DNA of 64,000 nt from a virus (IMGVR_UViG_3300035034_002381:1-64000), one strand, 5' to 3'; shown: positions 12,713 to 22,864, counted from the stretch's first letter. A program made the numbers and translations. Notes: generated by a model not told the origin, from the sequence alone.

Positions 12713-14710
12713 ATGAAAAAACTATTACTATTATTAATGCTATTTTCTTCTGTGAATTTATTTTCACAAGAAAATTATTTGATCCTTGATACCATTGGTA
12801 TGGATCAATACGAAAAACAAATTTTTGAGGAAAAAGTAAATTCCCCAGAATCTAACGAAGAGATTTCATGTTTAACCTTATTTGCTGGATCCAGACATGA
12901 ATTTAATTCAAAGTTAAAATCAATTAACGAATCAAAAAGCAATGTTGATATTAACGAAACTATTAGAATTCCCGTTGTTTATCATATTATGCACATTACC
13001 AAATTTGGTCTTGGTGGAGTTCCTTTCGAATCAGGACTAATTAGCAAACAACAAGTGTGGTCTGCTTTGGATGATCATATTAAAGGATTCCAAGCATATG
13101 TTGGGACTCGTCAAGAAACGGGATATGATACTAATATAGAATTTTATTTAGCAAACCTGGATGAAGAAGGAAATTTATTTGACGGTGTTATTTATTATGA
13201 TATGGACACAGTCCCCTGGGTAACTACTGAGGAAAGAGAACAATTTTTTAATTTCGGAATGTTTGGTATTGGACTTGATGATTTCTTAATCAAAAATAAC
13301 ATTTCATTAGACCCTGATAGATATCTAAATGTTTACATTACTCCAGAGATTTCTGGTAATGATGGAGGTAATGGGATCCAAGGATATGCATTTTTTCCAG
13401 GTGGTACTCAAGCACTTTGGGGACAAACAAATTTATCAAATATAGTAGGATTACCTTCAGTAAACTATTATGATGCTGATTTTGATGGTATAATGGACGA
13501 AGGAGTGGGGCCTTTACTTAAACCCAGTGCTCAAGAAAATGATACCCATCCACACGAAACCGGACATAATTTCCGTCTTTATCATACATTCCAAGGACAA
13601 AGTTGTGCAATTGAAGGTAATTGTGATACCCAAGGAGATGGAATCTGTGATACGGAGCCAACCCCACGTAATACCCAATGTAATTATAATGGGTGTCCGA
13701 CTCCTACCCCCGTTTCTAATAAGAATTATATGTCATATTCAGAATGCAGGTTTGAATTTACCGAAGACCAAAACCATGAAATGCGATCTTCTTTCACTGA
13801 AGATCTACCATTACTTGTTAGCAGTATTGATTCGGGATTATGTTATATTCCAAGACAAACCCAAGTTGAAATGATCATCCCACAATCAAACGATATAACA
13901 GGATGTCCCGATTCTCCTTTCCTTTCTTTTACTGTAAGAAACCTAGGTCCTGAAGTTGATTCAACAGGAATCCCGGTTATGTTAACAAATCTTGTTATAG
14001 CTTATGGAAATGATTTGTCTAACGTTGACACGTTTGAATTTAATTTAAATTTAGGTCCTTTCCAATATGATGATTTAGTTTTACCTTCTGTAGATAATCA
14101 AAGTTCAAATAGAAAGATCAAATTACTTTCTGTTAACGGATTTCCGGTAGAAGATTCAAGCACTCTTTCTACTAATCTTCCAGTAGGACCTAATGAATTA
14201 ATTGTAGTTTGCCAACCAAACTGTTCATCAATACAAGATAATTATTGGAAAGTTACAAATTTAAATACTGGAACTATTGCATTCCAAAGTGAATATTATC
14301 CTGTTAATTATTCAGGACCTCCTATCGAAACAAGGATCTGTTTACCTGGAGGCAATTATCAATTTTCATTAATTGATGAATCTGAAAATGGTTGGAATGG
14401 TACTTTTTGTAATCCCGATTTTTTCGATGAACCATTTATGGAAGTTTATTACAATGGATCCTTATGTCAATCTATACAAGGTGATGAATTTAATAGTTCT
14501 GAGTGGTCATTTACAAATTGTAACACTAGTACTCAGGGACTGATTGAAAATGAAGAAGAACCTGTTTTAGAATATGAGTACTATACTCAACAAATGGAAA
14601 GAGTAGAATTTGAAGATATTGTTACAAACCAATTCTTTATAATTTATACTTATGAAAAATCTGAAAGTTCTAGAGAGTTGATCGATAGAGATTGGATCAT
14701 AAAACAGTAA
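12713..14710 (+). CDS. secreted zinc metallopeptidase, M43 (pappalysin/ulilysin-like)
   Basis: signal peptide MKKLLLLLMLFSSVNLFSQ; HETGHNFRLYHTFQG fits the M43 HExxHxxGxxH-type motif; Cys-rich; C-terminal strand-rich tail ending IIKQ resembles a T9SS sorting domain. Confidence 0.7.
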   Translation: MKKLLLLLMLFSSVNLFSQENYLILDTIGMDQYEKQIFEEKVNSPESNEEISCLTLFAGSRHEFNSKLKSINESKSNVDINETIRIPVVYHIMHITKFGLGGVPFESGLISKQQVWSALDDHIKGFQAYVGTRQETGYDTNIEFYLANLDEEGNLFDGVIYYDMDTVPWVTTEEREQFFNFGMFGIGLDDFLIKNNISLDPDRYLNVYITPEISGNDGGNGIQGYAFFPGGTQALWGQTNLSNIVGLPSVNYYDADFDGIMDEGVGPLLKPSAQENDTHPHETGHNFRLYHTFQGQSCAIEGNCDTQGDGICDTEPTPRNTQCNYNGCPTPTPVSNKNYMSYSECRFEFTEDQNHEMRSSFTEDLPLLVSSIDSGLCYIPRQTQVEMIIPQSNDITGCPDSPFLSFTVRNLGPEVDSTGIPVMLTNLVIAYGNDLSNVDTFEFNLNLGPFQYDDLVLPSVDNQSSNRKIKLLSVNGFPVEDSSTLSTNLPVGPNELIVVCQPNCSSIQDNYWKVTNLNTGTIAFQSEYYPVNYSGPPIETRICLPGGNYQFSLIDESENGWNGTFCNPDFFDEPFMEVYYNGSLCQSIQGDEFNSSEWSFTNCNTSTQGLIENEEEPVLEYEYYTQQMERVEFEDIVTNQFFIIYTYEKSESSRELIDRDWIIKQ

Positions 14711-14868
14711 ACAAACAATGTGGGTGTATAGAAATGTACACTCACATTCTAACTAAATTTTTATGTAGCAGATGATGAAGTAGCTAAGAATCAAAAATTA
14801 CGAAAATGGCTTGTGTTACCCAAATGGTAAACTGACTTTTCGGGGATTTCTTAAATCAAAAATAAAAC

Positions 14869-15075
14869 ATGGAAAAAGTAAGAATCGTTCAAGATGAAAG
14901 TAGTCATTGGTACATAATCCCTAATAAAAAATTGGAAGATTTTTATGAAGATTCTGTAAACATTGAAATGTGTGATAATGGGAATTTTGATAGAAAATGG
15001 GCGCAATATGCTACAGGCGGCAGCCCTAATAATATTCAATTATATGCAAATTTAGAAGTTTATTTTTCTATGTGA
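14869..15075 (+). CDS. small hypothetical protein
   Basis: 68-aa ORF. Confidence 0.55.
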   Translation: MEKVRIVQDESSHWYIIPNKKLEDFYEDSVNIEMCDNGNFDRKWAQYATGGSPNNIQLYANLEVYFSM

Positions 15076-15110
15076 ATTATTTTGATTATATTTAAACAAA
15101 TAAAATTGGT

Positions 15111-15422
15111 ATGGAAAGAAATGAATTTTTAGAACTTGATGGTTTAGCAGCAGAAACTGAAACACATGAATGGTTTTGGGACAAAAGTTCTACACTACTT
15201 GCTCACAAAAAATCTATAACTTCTAACGGTAGAGAAGACGATTCACTCGACGTTAAATGTATGGTTTGTAGGAATAAAGAAACTGGTGAGTATGACAGAG
15301 TTGTATTAAACAACAAAAACGAACCTATTTATGATACTAAAAGTTTAGAAAGTCTAGGTTTTTGGATTGATAAACATAAAGTAATTAAAAGATACCAAGA
15401 TCATGACAAAATTTCAAAGTAA
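15111..15422 (+). CDS. hypothetical protein
   Basis: 103-aa ORF. Confidence 0.6.
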   Translation: MERNEFLELDGLAAETETHEWFWDKSSTLLAHKKSITSNGREDDSLDVKCMVCRNKETGEYDRVVLNNKNEPIYDTKSLESLGFWIDKHKVIKRYQDHDKISK

Positions 15423-15603
15423 TTCAATAGGAACTGTAATGATACCCGACGGTACGTATTTAGGTACAGTCACTGGTTTTAGAGTTAAACTTAAAAGAGG
15501 CGGAACGATTTTAGAGTTTGAAGTCAAAGACAATAGTAATCAAAGTAATCTTCCTGTTAATATCATAGTTAATGGTATGCGGGCAAAAGTAATACAAACA
15601 TGA
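15403..15603 (+). CDS. small hypothetical protein
   Basis: 66-aa ORF; overlaps its neighbours and ends in an ATGA junction with 15600. Confidence 0.5.
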   Translation: MTKFQSNSIGTVMIPDGTYLGTVTGFRVKLKRGGTILEFEVKDNSNQSNLPVNIIVNGMRAKVIQT

Positions 15604-16139
15604 AAAACTGGAGATCAGTTGCTGATAAAGGTACAAAATTTGATTTAGTTGAATATACCAAAAAATTTCTTGGTGATTATAATCATAGCGATGTACATAT
15701 TTATGTAGGTTGCGATAGTCAAAATATTCGCAAGTCAAAATGGACTGGTTATGTTACTTGTGTAGCATTTCATATAGGTACAATTGACGGCGATGAATTT
15801 TATGGTAGAGGTGTTCACTTGATTTTTCAAACTGAAAAGTACAAAAAAATCAATGATAACTGGACTCGACTTTGGAAAGAAGTTGAAAAATCTATGGAAG
15901 CAGCAGAAACTTTAAGACAAGCTGGTATTTTAATTCACCAAGTAGATCTTGATTTTAACCAGGATGAACTTCATGATTCTAATAGACTAGTTTCGGCAGG
16001 TGTTGGATTATTTGTGGGTTTAGGTTATAAAGTTGCATCAAAACCTGATGAATTAATTGCATCCCGAGCGGCTGATCATATTATTCATCATACTTCTTGG
16101 AAGAATGTAAAAAGTCTAAATGTAAAAAGTCTAAACTAA
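15600..16139 (+). CDS. YkuK/DUF458-like RNase H-fold protein
   Basis: IYVGCDSQ, YVTCVAFHIG and VDLDFN...KPDELIASRAADH follow the remembered YkuK pattern (GTDSQ ... KP..aA..vAD); the 3' end carries a 15-bp tandem repeat (NVKSL twice, 16104-16133). Confidence 0.5.
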   Translation: MKNWRSVADKGTKFDLVEYTKKFLGDYNHSDVHIYVGCDSQNIRKSKWTGYVTCVAFHIGTIDGDEFYGRGVHLIFQTEKYKKINDNWTRLWKEVEKSMEAAETLRQAGILIHQVDLDFNQDELHDSNRLVSAGVGLFVGLGYKVASKPDELIASRAADHIIHHTSWKNVKSLNVKSLN

Positions 16140-16355
16140 TGGAGGAAAGAGATATTCGCATTTACATTTATGATCCAGGAAGTTTGAAAAAATTCCACCA
16201 AATCATAAACACAAACATAAAAGTATTGAGTCTGCAGAAGAACTAATAAAAAGGCTACAAGAAAACCCTAAATTTAGATTTGACAGGAGACAATTTGTGA
16301 TTACGGAATACACTGGAGTTTACCAATCATCAATAATCAAAATCATAAATCCTTT

Positions 16356-16688
16356 ATGAAAAAATGGGATGATATAAGAAACTCGATGTCTGGAAATTCA
16401 GATATTATAGAAGTTTGGAAGAAAGTTGTAGATAAACACCAAAATGAAGAAATTGAGTGGATTGAAAACCTTAGAAAACAAGGTTATAAAGCATCTCATC
16501 CTAATGACGGTTGGGTAGACAGAGAAAATAACAAAATACATCTGGTTTATCCACAATTCAACGATGGAATTGGTGTGAATGATAAACTAATGATTGGTAG
16601 TCCAAACAGTGATAATAATCGACCTGTGCGAATAACCGGCATTGATGAATTTGCAATGACATATTATTTATTTGAAGACTTAGAATAA
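16356..16688 (+). CDS. hypothetical protein
   Basis: 110-aa ORF followed by a terminator. Confidence 0.65.
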   Translation: MKKWDDIRNSMSGNSDIIEVWKKVVDKHQNEEIEWIENLRKQGYKASHPNDGWVDRENNKIHLVYPQFNDGIGVNDKLMIGSPNSDNNRPVRITGIDEFAMTYYLFEDLE

Positions 16689-16712
16689 CCATAACATATT
16701 ATCCTTTTCTTA

Positions 16713-16747
16713 ATGACCAAGATTCTAAGAATCTTGGTCATTTTTTA
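16713..16747 (+). terminator. intrinsic terminator
   Basis: 13-bp stem atgaccaagattc/gaatcttggtcat with loop taa and a T-run. Confidence 0.85.
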
Positions 16748-17058
16748 TGAGAAAAATCTATATATATAAACTAATAATATGTATGGACACAGAATCACAT
16801 AGCTCGTTTAGCGAATCTTTACAAGATAGAAATTACTATCTAGTCAAAGATTACTTACATGAACTAGGATTTTTGCCCTCACAATATTATATTAAAGATT
16901 ATCAGAATTCAATTGAAGTTGATTTTGATGATAATCAAGCCGTCTTTTATATTATAGAAGATATCAAAAAGACAAAATACATAGAGCATTTTGATGTTGA
17001 TTATAAAAAGCCGGCGAATTCAAGAAGACATACTGCAGTGTTTAATTTCACTCAGTAA
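16747..17058 (+). CDS. hypothetical protein (alternative start 16783)
   Basis: 103-aa ORF; the first ATG abuts the terminator T-run, so the internal ATG at 16783 (MDTESH) may be the real start. Confidence 0.55.
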   Translation: MRKIYIYKLIICMDTESHSSFSESLQDRNYYLVKDYLHELGFLPSQYYIKDYQNSIEVDFDDNQAVFYIIEDIKKTKYIEHFDVDYKKPANSRRHTAVFNFTQ

Positions 17059-17119
17059 AAAATGAGAATAAAAAAAATCATTTTATCCTTGATATATAAA
17101 AAAACAAATATAGAAAAAG

Positions 17120-19195
17120 ATGAACAAAGATTCTAATGTATTATTAATACTTGAAAGATCTTCATCAAATCTAGATGTTAACAAGGAATCGGGTGATTAT
17201 ATTCTCGAAGGTATTTTTGCTCAATTTGGAGTTGAAAACAATAACAAAAGGATTTATGAGGAAAAAGAGTATTTACCACATCTCGAATACTTAAAAAAGA
17301 AAATTTCAGAAAATCGATTGATGGGAGAACTTGATCACCCAGAAAAATTTGAAATTGCTTTAGACAAAGTATCTCACGTAATTGAGAATATTGAATATGA
17401 TCAAGCAAAACGCCAGATTAAAGGGCGTGTACGTATTTTAGATACGCCATCCGGAAAAATCGCAAAGAGTCTAATCGACTCTAATATTCCTATTAGTATT
17501 TCATCACGAGCTGCTGGTTCTGTGAGTGAAAATAAAACTGTTTCTATTAAGAGAATTTTTACTTATGATTTAGTTGCTGATCCAGGTTTTGAAGATGCAC
17601 AATTATCAAGAATAAATGAATCATTTGGTTTAGACAACGAAAATAATCTACAAATTTTTGATGCTTCTAGATGGGACAACAATTTTTCGTTTGATGAAAA
17701 AGAAAAAGAAAAGCCTGTTGAGGCAATAAAAGAAAATAAAGAAAATACTACAGATATGAAAGAATTTGTGACAATTGAAAGCATGGAACGCTATTCATTA
17801 ATGGTCAAAGAAGAAATTGCTAAAATCAATACACGATTAGAAACTCTGAATGAGAGTAATGCTAATTCTGATGAAACAGCAGAACTTAGAAAAACCGTTG
17901 ATAATTTAGTAGGGTATGTTAATGAAATGGCTACCGAAATTAATCAAAACAGAGAATACATGTCATATACTGCTGAAATGCTTGACGAAAGTATTTCTTG
18001 GTCAGAAAATGAGATCGGTAATCAAGTTACTAAATTAATTGAATATACTGAATCTGAATTGGCTGTTCATCTTGATGGTTTAATTGAACACAATAACTAT
18101 CTTGCAGAAAAATTAAACACGACTATTGGATACGTTAATGAAGAATTGGCTCCAATTTTAGATGAGTCTATTAATCACAATGATTATTTAGTTGAACAAA
18201 TTGCTAATAACCGAAAATATACTGAGTATCTTGCTGAAAATGCTGTAGACTCAACAAATTTTGATTCGTTAGTAGAATATACTGAACATGTATATGAAAA
18301 TGCTGCTGGAAAATTTGAAGGTAAAATTAATGAATCTGCAACTGCTGAGGATGTAATTAAAAAACATAAACTTAAAACACATCACGATGTTGCTAAGTTT
18401 ATAGGAGATTTTTATGATTTACCAGATACAATTAAAGGATCTACCGATAAATTCACATTTAAAGACGTTGAGGACAACGTAATTAAAGTTGATGGTAAAG
18501 CAGGAACAGTAGACGGTAAAAAATTATCTCTGGCGGGATTGGTTGATCTTATGTCAGGTGGTGATTTTGATCTTCTTATTGAAAATCAAGCTAATAAAAT
18601 TAACGAAAATAAAAACGTATCAACAGATATTGAAAATCGATACATGAGTATCAATGAAAAAATTGACGCGGCTCTTGAGCAGATCAAGAAAACAAAGACT
18701 GAAGAAATCACAGAGTCTAAACGTCATCCTTTCACCAAACTACTCAACGAAAGTAATAGAGCTGCTTTCACTGAGTTAGGAAAAACCGAAAAAGAAAAGG
18801 TTTCAAAAGCTCTAAATGAAAACGGTATTTTAAGTACTGTAAAACTTAACGAAAAATTCACTTCATTGTTAGAAGGTAATTTCGAAATTGTTGAAGAGCC
18901 TAAATGGTTATCTGAAGCACCAGACAAGTATAAAGCTATTTTTGAAAGTTTGAATGAGGAAACTCAGGATAAACTTAGAGCTCAAGCTTCATGGTACGAA
19001 GGTAAACTTAAATCTCCTTATCAAATCGAAAATTTCTGGGCAACTAGAGGACTGAACGAAGACGTTGAGTTGAAGAATCTGAAAGACGATGCTGATGTAA
19101 AACTTATTAAAGAAAGTAATGATAGATCTAAAGATCTGGGTTATTCTTCTGATCGAGTTGCTGCAATTAAACAAGGTCTGAAAAGATTCAAATAA
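17120..19195 (+). CDS. prohead core protease (T4 gp21-like) fused to a scaffold-like coiled-coil region
   Basis: LEGIFAQFGVENNNKRIYEEKEY...GELDHP...ISISSRAAGSV parallels T4 gp21 IEGIFMQAEVVNRNKRLYPKR...GELNHP...GVSSRGLGSL; acidic helical C-terminal 450 aa; sits directly upstream of the capsid gene. Confidence 0.8.
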   Translation: MNKDSNVLLILERSSSNLDVNKESGDYILEGIFAQFGVENNNKRIYEEKEYLPHLEYLKKKISENRLMGELDHPEKFEIALDKVSHVIENIEYDQAKRQIKGRVRILDTPSGKIAKSLIDSNIPISISSRAAGSVSENKTVSIKRIFTYDLVADPGFEDAQLSRINESFGLDNENNLQIFDASRWDNNFSFDEKEKEKPVEAIKENKENTTDMKEFVTIESMERYSLMVKEEIAKINTRLETLNESNANSDETAELRKTVDNLVGYVNEMATEINQNREYMSYTAEMLDESISWSENEIGNQVTKLIEYTESELAVHLDGLIEHNNYLAEKLNTTIGYVNEELAPILDESINHNDYLVEQIANNRKYTEYLAENAVDSTNFDSLVEYTEHVYENAAGKFEGKINESATAEDVIKKHKLKTHHDVAKFIGDFYDLPDTIKGSTDKFTFKDVEDNVIKVDGKAGTVDGKKLSLAGLVDLMSGGDFDLLIENQANKINENKNVSTDIENRYMSINEKIDAALEQIKKTKTEEITESKRHPFTKLLNESNRAAFTELGKTEKEKVSKALNENGILSTVKLNEKFTSLLEGNFEIVEEPKWLSEAPDKYKAIFESLNEETQDKLRAQASWYEGKLKSPYQIENFWATRGLNEDVELKNLKDDADVKLIKESNDRSKDLGYSSDRVAAIKQGLKRFK

Positions 19196-19213
19196 AAAAT
19201 AATTTCATAATAA

Positions 19214-21007
19214 ATGAAACTTTTAAACGAACAAAAGATCTATGATGAGTGGGCTCCTATGCTAGAGGAGGAAACTTCAATCAAAGATTCTTCAAAATTG
19301 GGATGGATGACTAAATATTGTCACTACCATTCATTAAATGAAGCATTCACTGCACCTGCAGCTGGATTGCTTAACACGCCAGGTATGGGTAATGTAACTC
19401 CTGCTGGAGCTGCTGCCGGTGGTGCTAATGCATTCTACGGAAGTACTACTACTGGTTCAGGAGATAAATTCCCTTCATTATTGCCACTATCTATTCAGGT
19501 AGCTGCAAGAACTGTAGGATTTGATATCGTTCCTGTTATTCCTATGAACGGACCTTCGGGGGTTCTTACATACATGGATTATGTCTATGCTGGTGGAAAA
19601 GGAGCATTCGGAGCACCTCCAGGTGCTGCAGGTGCTGCAAACCCAGGTCTTAACGCTTACGCTGACAAGCCGTTAGTATTCAAAATCCAACTTGTTGGAG
19701 ATGAGAAAACTGCTTTCGATGCTGCTGCTGCGGGTGATGAATTCTTATTTGCTTCTGGTGCACTTGCTGCAACTGGAAACACACTACGTGTTGCTAAAAT
19801 CGGTCCTTCTAGAATCGACGGTCACTCTATTTTTAGAGTAATTGGAGAATCTGGTGATGCTGATGCGACTGGCGGTGCAGCTGCTGCTGTAGCGACAACT
19901 CTTACATCGCCACAATCTATCACATTGGCTTCTGTATTTACAGGAACTGCTGCGATGATTACTGCGGCTGGTGCTTTAGTTGATGCTGCTGATTCAGTAG
20001 TTAATCGTCCAGAACTTGTTAAAGCTCTTGAAGATCACGTTCAAGGTTTTGCTGGTGCAGGTCCAAACGATGATGAAGCATGGTCAGGAAATGCGACTGA
20101 TGGTACTGTATCTTACGAACCAATGCGAAGAGGTGTAGGTGAAGAGCAGTACTTCAGAACTATGGGACTTCAAGCTTTCACGAAATTCATTGAAGCTGAA
20201 ACTTTCCAAGTTGCTGCTAATGTTACTACAGAACAAATTCAAGATTTACAACGTCAGTATGGAATCGATGTGATTGCAATGATCGAGAACTCATTAGTAA
20301 ATGATATCTCTCAATCTATTAACAAGCACATTCTTTCTAGAGCTTTCGCTCTTGGATGGGGTGCAAACCTTACATTCAGAGATGTTGAAGGTGCAAACCT
20401 TAACCTTGAATTGGTAAACACTGGAACTGGTGTTACTGCAACTCCTGCTTACATTGATAAGACTGGAGTAGGTACTGCATCTGTATATCCTGCTTTCCAA
20501 GAATTTGCTGGAGCTGCTGCTGCTGCATCATTGGAAAACCAAGCAACATTCCAACGAAGAGTATATTCTAAAGTACTTGCTGCTGGAAACGTTGTTACTC
20601 AAAGAGGACGTAGAGGACCTGCAAACTTCATTGTTACTAACCTTCAGTTAGCGACAGCGTTGCAAGATTCTGCACAATTCTCTTGGGCACCAATGGCAAA
20701 CACCATTAACCAAAACAACGGTTCGCTTTACCCAGTGGGTACTGTAGCCGGAATGACTGTTTATGTAGATCCTAACATGGGATTCTCTGATAACAGAATT
20801 CTTGTTGGACGTAAAGGTGCTGATGAAGAACCAGGACTTAAATTCATGCCTTACTTAATGGCTGAATCAATCCAAACAATTGCTGAAGGTACAATGGCTC
20901 CGAAAGTTGCCGTAAAATCACGTTATGCTTTAGTTGAAGCTGGACACCACCCAGAAACAATGTACTTTACTATTGCAGTAAATGTACCTGTAGGTGGATT
21001 AGTATAA
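19214..21007 (+). CDS. major capsid protein (T4 gp23-like)
   Basis: 597-aa Ala/Gly-rich ORF; VGFDIVPVIPMNGPSGVL, EQIQDLQRQYGIDV, GRRGPANFIVTN and MTVYVDPNM line up by eye with gp23 blocks; strong terminator downstream. Confidence 0.8.
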   Translation: MKLLNEQKIYDEWAPMLEEETSIKDSSKLGWMTKYCHYHSLNEAFTAPAAGLLNTPGMGNVTPAGAAAGGANAFYGSTTTGSGDKFPSLLPLSIQVAARTVGFDIVPVIPMNGPSGVLTYMDYVYAGGKGAFGAPPGAAGAANPGLNAYADKPLVFKIQLVGDEKTAFDAAAAGDEFLFASGALAATGNTLRVAKIGPSRIDGHSIFRVIGESGDADATGGAAAAVATTLTSPQSITLASVFTGTAAMITAAGALVDAADSVVNRPELVKALEDHVQGFAGAGPNDDEAWSGNATDGTVSYEPMRRGVGEEQYFRTMGLQAFTKFIEAETFQVAANVTTEQIQDLQRQYGIDVIAMIENSLVNDISQSINKHILSRAFALGWGANLTFRDVEGANLNLELVNTGTGVTATPAYIDKTGVGTASVYPAFQEFAGAAAAASLENQATFQRRVYSKVLAAGNVVTQRGRRGPANFIVTNLQLATALQDSAQFSWAPMANTINQNNGSLYPVGTVAGMTVYVDPNMGFSDNRILVGRKGADEEPGLKFMPYLMAESIQTIAEGTMAPKVAVKSRYALVEAGHHPETMYFTIAVNVPVGGLV

Positions 21008-21034
21008 GAAATATCTTAAACTATATAAATACCG

Positions 21035-21066
21035 AGAGGGGATCGAAAGATTCCCTCTTTTTTTTT
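21035..21066 (+). terminator. intrinsic terminator of the capsid gene
   Basis: agagggga-tcgaaaga-ttccctct followed by a T10 run. Confidence 0.85.
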
Positions 21067-21069
21067 GCA

Positions 21070-21100
21070 TAAAACTTTATTCAATATTGTATATATAATA
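21070..21100 (+). promoter_or_regulatory. TAAAACTTT ... TATATATAAT promoter-like motif for the endonuclease gene
   Basis: lies between the capsid terminator and the ATG at 21117. Confidence 0.5.
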
Positions 21101-21116
21101 TACAATTATTAGAGCC

Positions 21117-22802
21117 ATGAACACTTCAGTCAAAGATATTATAAAAAACGTAAAATCCACCAAAGGTTTAGCAGTAAAAATATCAAATTCAGAAAGTCTA
21201 AATAAAGAACTTTTAGAATTAACCAAATACCTACCAACAGACTCTAGTATATCTGAGCGCATTTATAATATCTTAAATAATATTGATGTACAAAGTCTTT
21301 GTATTTGTGGTGACACATTACCATTCATTAAAATTTCCAAAGGTTACAAAACTTCGTGTGGTAATAAAGAATGTAAGTCGCGAACACGGAGTAATATTAA
21401 TAAAGAATCCAGTAAGAAAATAGACTGGGGCGAATCGATCAATAAACAACAAAAAACCAATTTACAAAAATACGGTTATGTTTCTAATCTTGCATCACCT
21501 AAAGAACGAGAAAAACATAAAGTTATTCTTAAAGAATTGACTGGATATGAACACCCATTACAGAATCCTGAATCTAAAAAGAAAAGACATAACACTTGTA
21601 TAAAAAATCATGGTACATTAAATTTCATCCATTCAAATAAATCAATACAAACGTTACAAGCAAAATATAATACCACTGCCACTAATTGTGCTCAAATACC
21701 CGAAATTCAAGATAGATCTGCCAAAACCCAATCTATAAATGCTGATAAAGCTTTATATCAAAAAATTGATAAAATAAATAAAACTATAATAGATCTTAAT
21801 AAAACAAATGCTAATATTGAGTGTGTGGGTTGTGGTCGTATTATGAATATACATCGGCAAGCACTCAATTATTATATTCGAAATTCTATTGACAATTGTT
21901 GGTCTTGCAACCCTGATTTTTCACCATTTGCCAGTAACAAAGAAAAGATGATTGTTACATGGCTCACTGATATAGGTATCACAAATATTGACACAAATCG
22001 CCGGAGATTTGGTGGTAAAGAAATAGATATTTTCTTAAATGATTATAACCTAGGAATTGAATTCAATGGCACATATTGGCATAGTGAATTACACAAAGAA
22101 AAAAATTACCATTTAAATAAAAAAACATATATTGAGAACTTGGGTTTCAAGTTGATTAATGTTTGGGAAGATGATTGGGAAGATGATATAAAACGTAATA
22201 TAATTCAAAGCAGAATTAAAAATTTAATAAACCTAAATCACCGCAAAATATATGGGCGTAAATGTCAGATAGTTCAAATATCTAACAAAGAAGCTAAAGA
22301 ATTTTATACCAATAATCATATTCAAGGTCATGCTATATCAGAAATTAACTACGCATTAGTATATGATAATGAAATTGTTTCAGTCATGAGCTTTTCTAGT
22401 AAAAATAGATTTTTCATTAAGAAAAATAGGGATAATGAAATAGAGTTGACTAGATTTGCAAATTTGATAGGTGTAAGTGTTTTAGGTGGTTTCTCTAAAC
22501 TATTCAAACATTTTTTGAAAAATAATGACCATGATACCATTATTTCATTTGCAGAATTTGATTGGACTGATGAGACTAATAATGTTTATCTTATGAATGG
22601 TTTTAAATTTTTAGGGAATTCTGGACCATCGTATTCATGGGTTGTTAATGGAAAACGGTTTTCTAGATTTAACTTTTCTAAGCAAAAATTAATCAAAGAA
22701 GGTTATGATAAGAATAAAACAGAAGTCGAAATAATGCACGAAAGAAAATATTATCGAGCTTGGAATAGTGGTAACTTAAAATTTATTTATAATAAATTAT
22801 AA
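21117..22802 (+). CDS. free-standing homing-endonuclease-like protein (PD-(D/E)xK/Vsr-like core plus Hef-like C-terminal region)
   Basis: GGKEIDIFLNDYNLGIEFNGTYWHSE nuclease-like block; C-terminal IYGRKCQIVQISNKEAKEFYTNNHIQG resembles proteins annotated Hef-like; Cys-rich N-terminus; own promoter; inserted between the capsid gene and a relic of its 3' end. Confidence 0.5.
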   Translation: MNTSVKDIIKNVKSTKGLAVKISNSESLNKELLELTKYLPTDSSISERIYNILNNIDVQSLCICGDTLPFIKISKGYKTSCGNKECKSRTRSNINKESSKKIDWGESINKQQKTNLQKYGYVSNLASPKEREKHKVILKELTGYEHPLQNPESKKKRHNTCIKNHGTLNFIHSNKSIQTLQAKYNTTATNCAQIPEIQDRSAKTQSINADKALYQKIDKINKTIIDLNKTNANIECVGCGRIMNIHRQALNYYIRNSIDNCWSCNPDFSPFASNKEKMIVTWLTDIGITNIDTNRRRFGGKEIDIFLNDYNLGIEFNGTYWHSELHKEKNYHLNKKTYIENLGFKLINVWEDDWEDDIKRNIIQSRIKNLINLNHRKIYGRKCQIVQISNKEAKEFYTNNHIQGHAISEINYALVYDNEIVSVMSFSSKNRFFIKKNRDNEIELTRFANLIGVSVLGGFSKLFKHFLKNNDHDTIISFAEFDWTDETNNVYLMNGFKFLGNSGPSYSWVVNGKRFSRFNFSKQKLIKEGYDKNKTEVEIMHERKYYRAWNSGNLKFIYNKL

Positions 22803-22822
22803 TATATACAACATATATACTT

Positions 22823-22864
22823 GTTGAGGCGGGTCACCACCCAGAAACAATGTTCCCTCTTTTT
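22823..22864 (+). repeat. relic copy of the capsid gene 3' end fused to the distal half of its terminator
   Basis: 22823-22853 matches 20933-20963 at 28 of 31 nt, all three differences being synonymous third positions (VEAGHHPETM); 22853-22864 ttccctcttttt equals 21051-21062. Confidence 0.85.

Noticed and set aside
13527-13874. Plus-strand alternative-frame ORFs inside larger genes (13527-13874, 5754-5963, 25394-25636, 33115-33300, 36123-36338, 46320-46526, 53608-53814)
   Set aside because: They are nested out of frame within genes that have clear motifs and have no start context of their own.
21008-22864. Intron (group I) or intein explanation for the endonuclease next to the capsid gene
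   Set aside because: The capsid ORF is complete, with its own stop and terminator before the endonuclease gene. That gene has its own promoter motif, and I saw no intron-like conserved pairings, so I treat it as a free-standing homing endonuclease gene.
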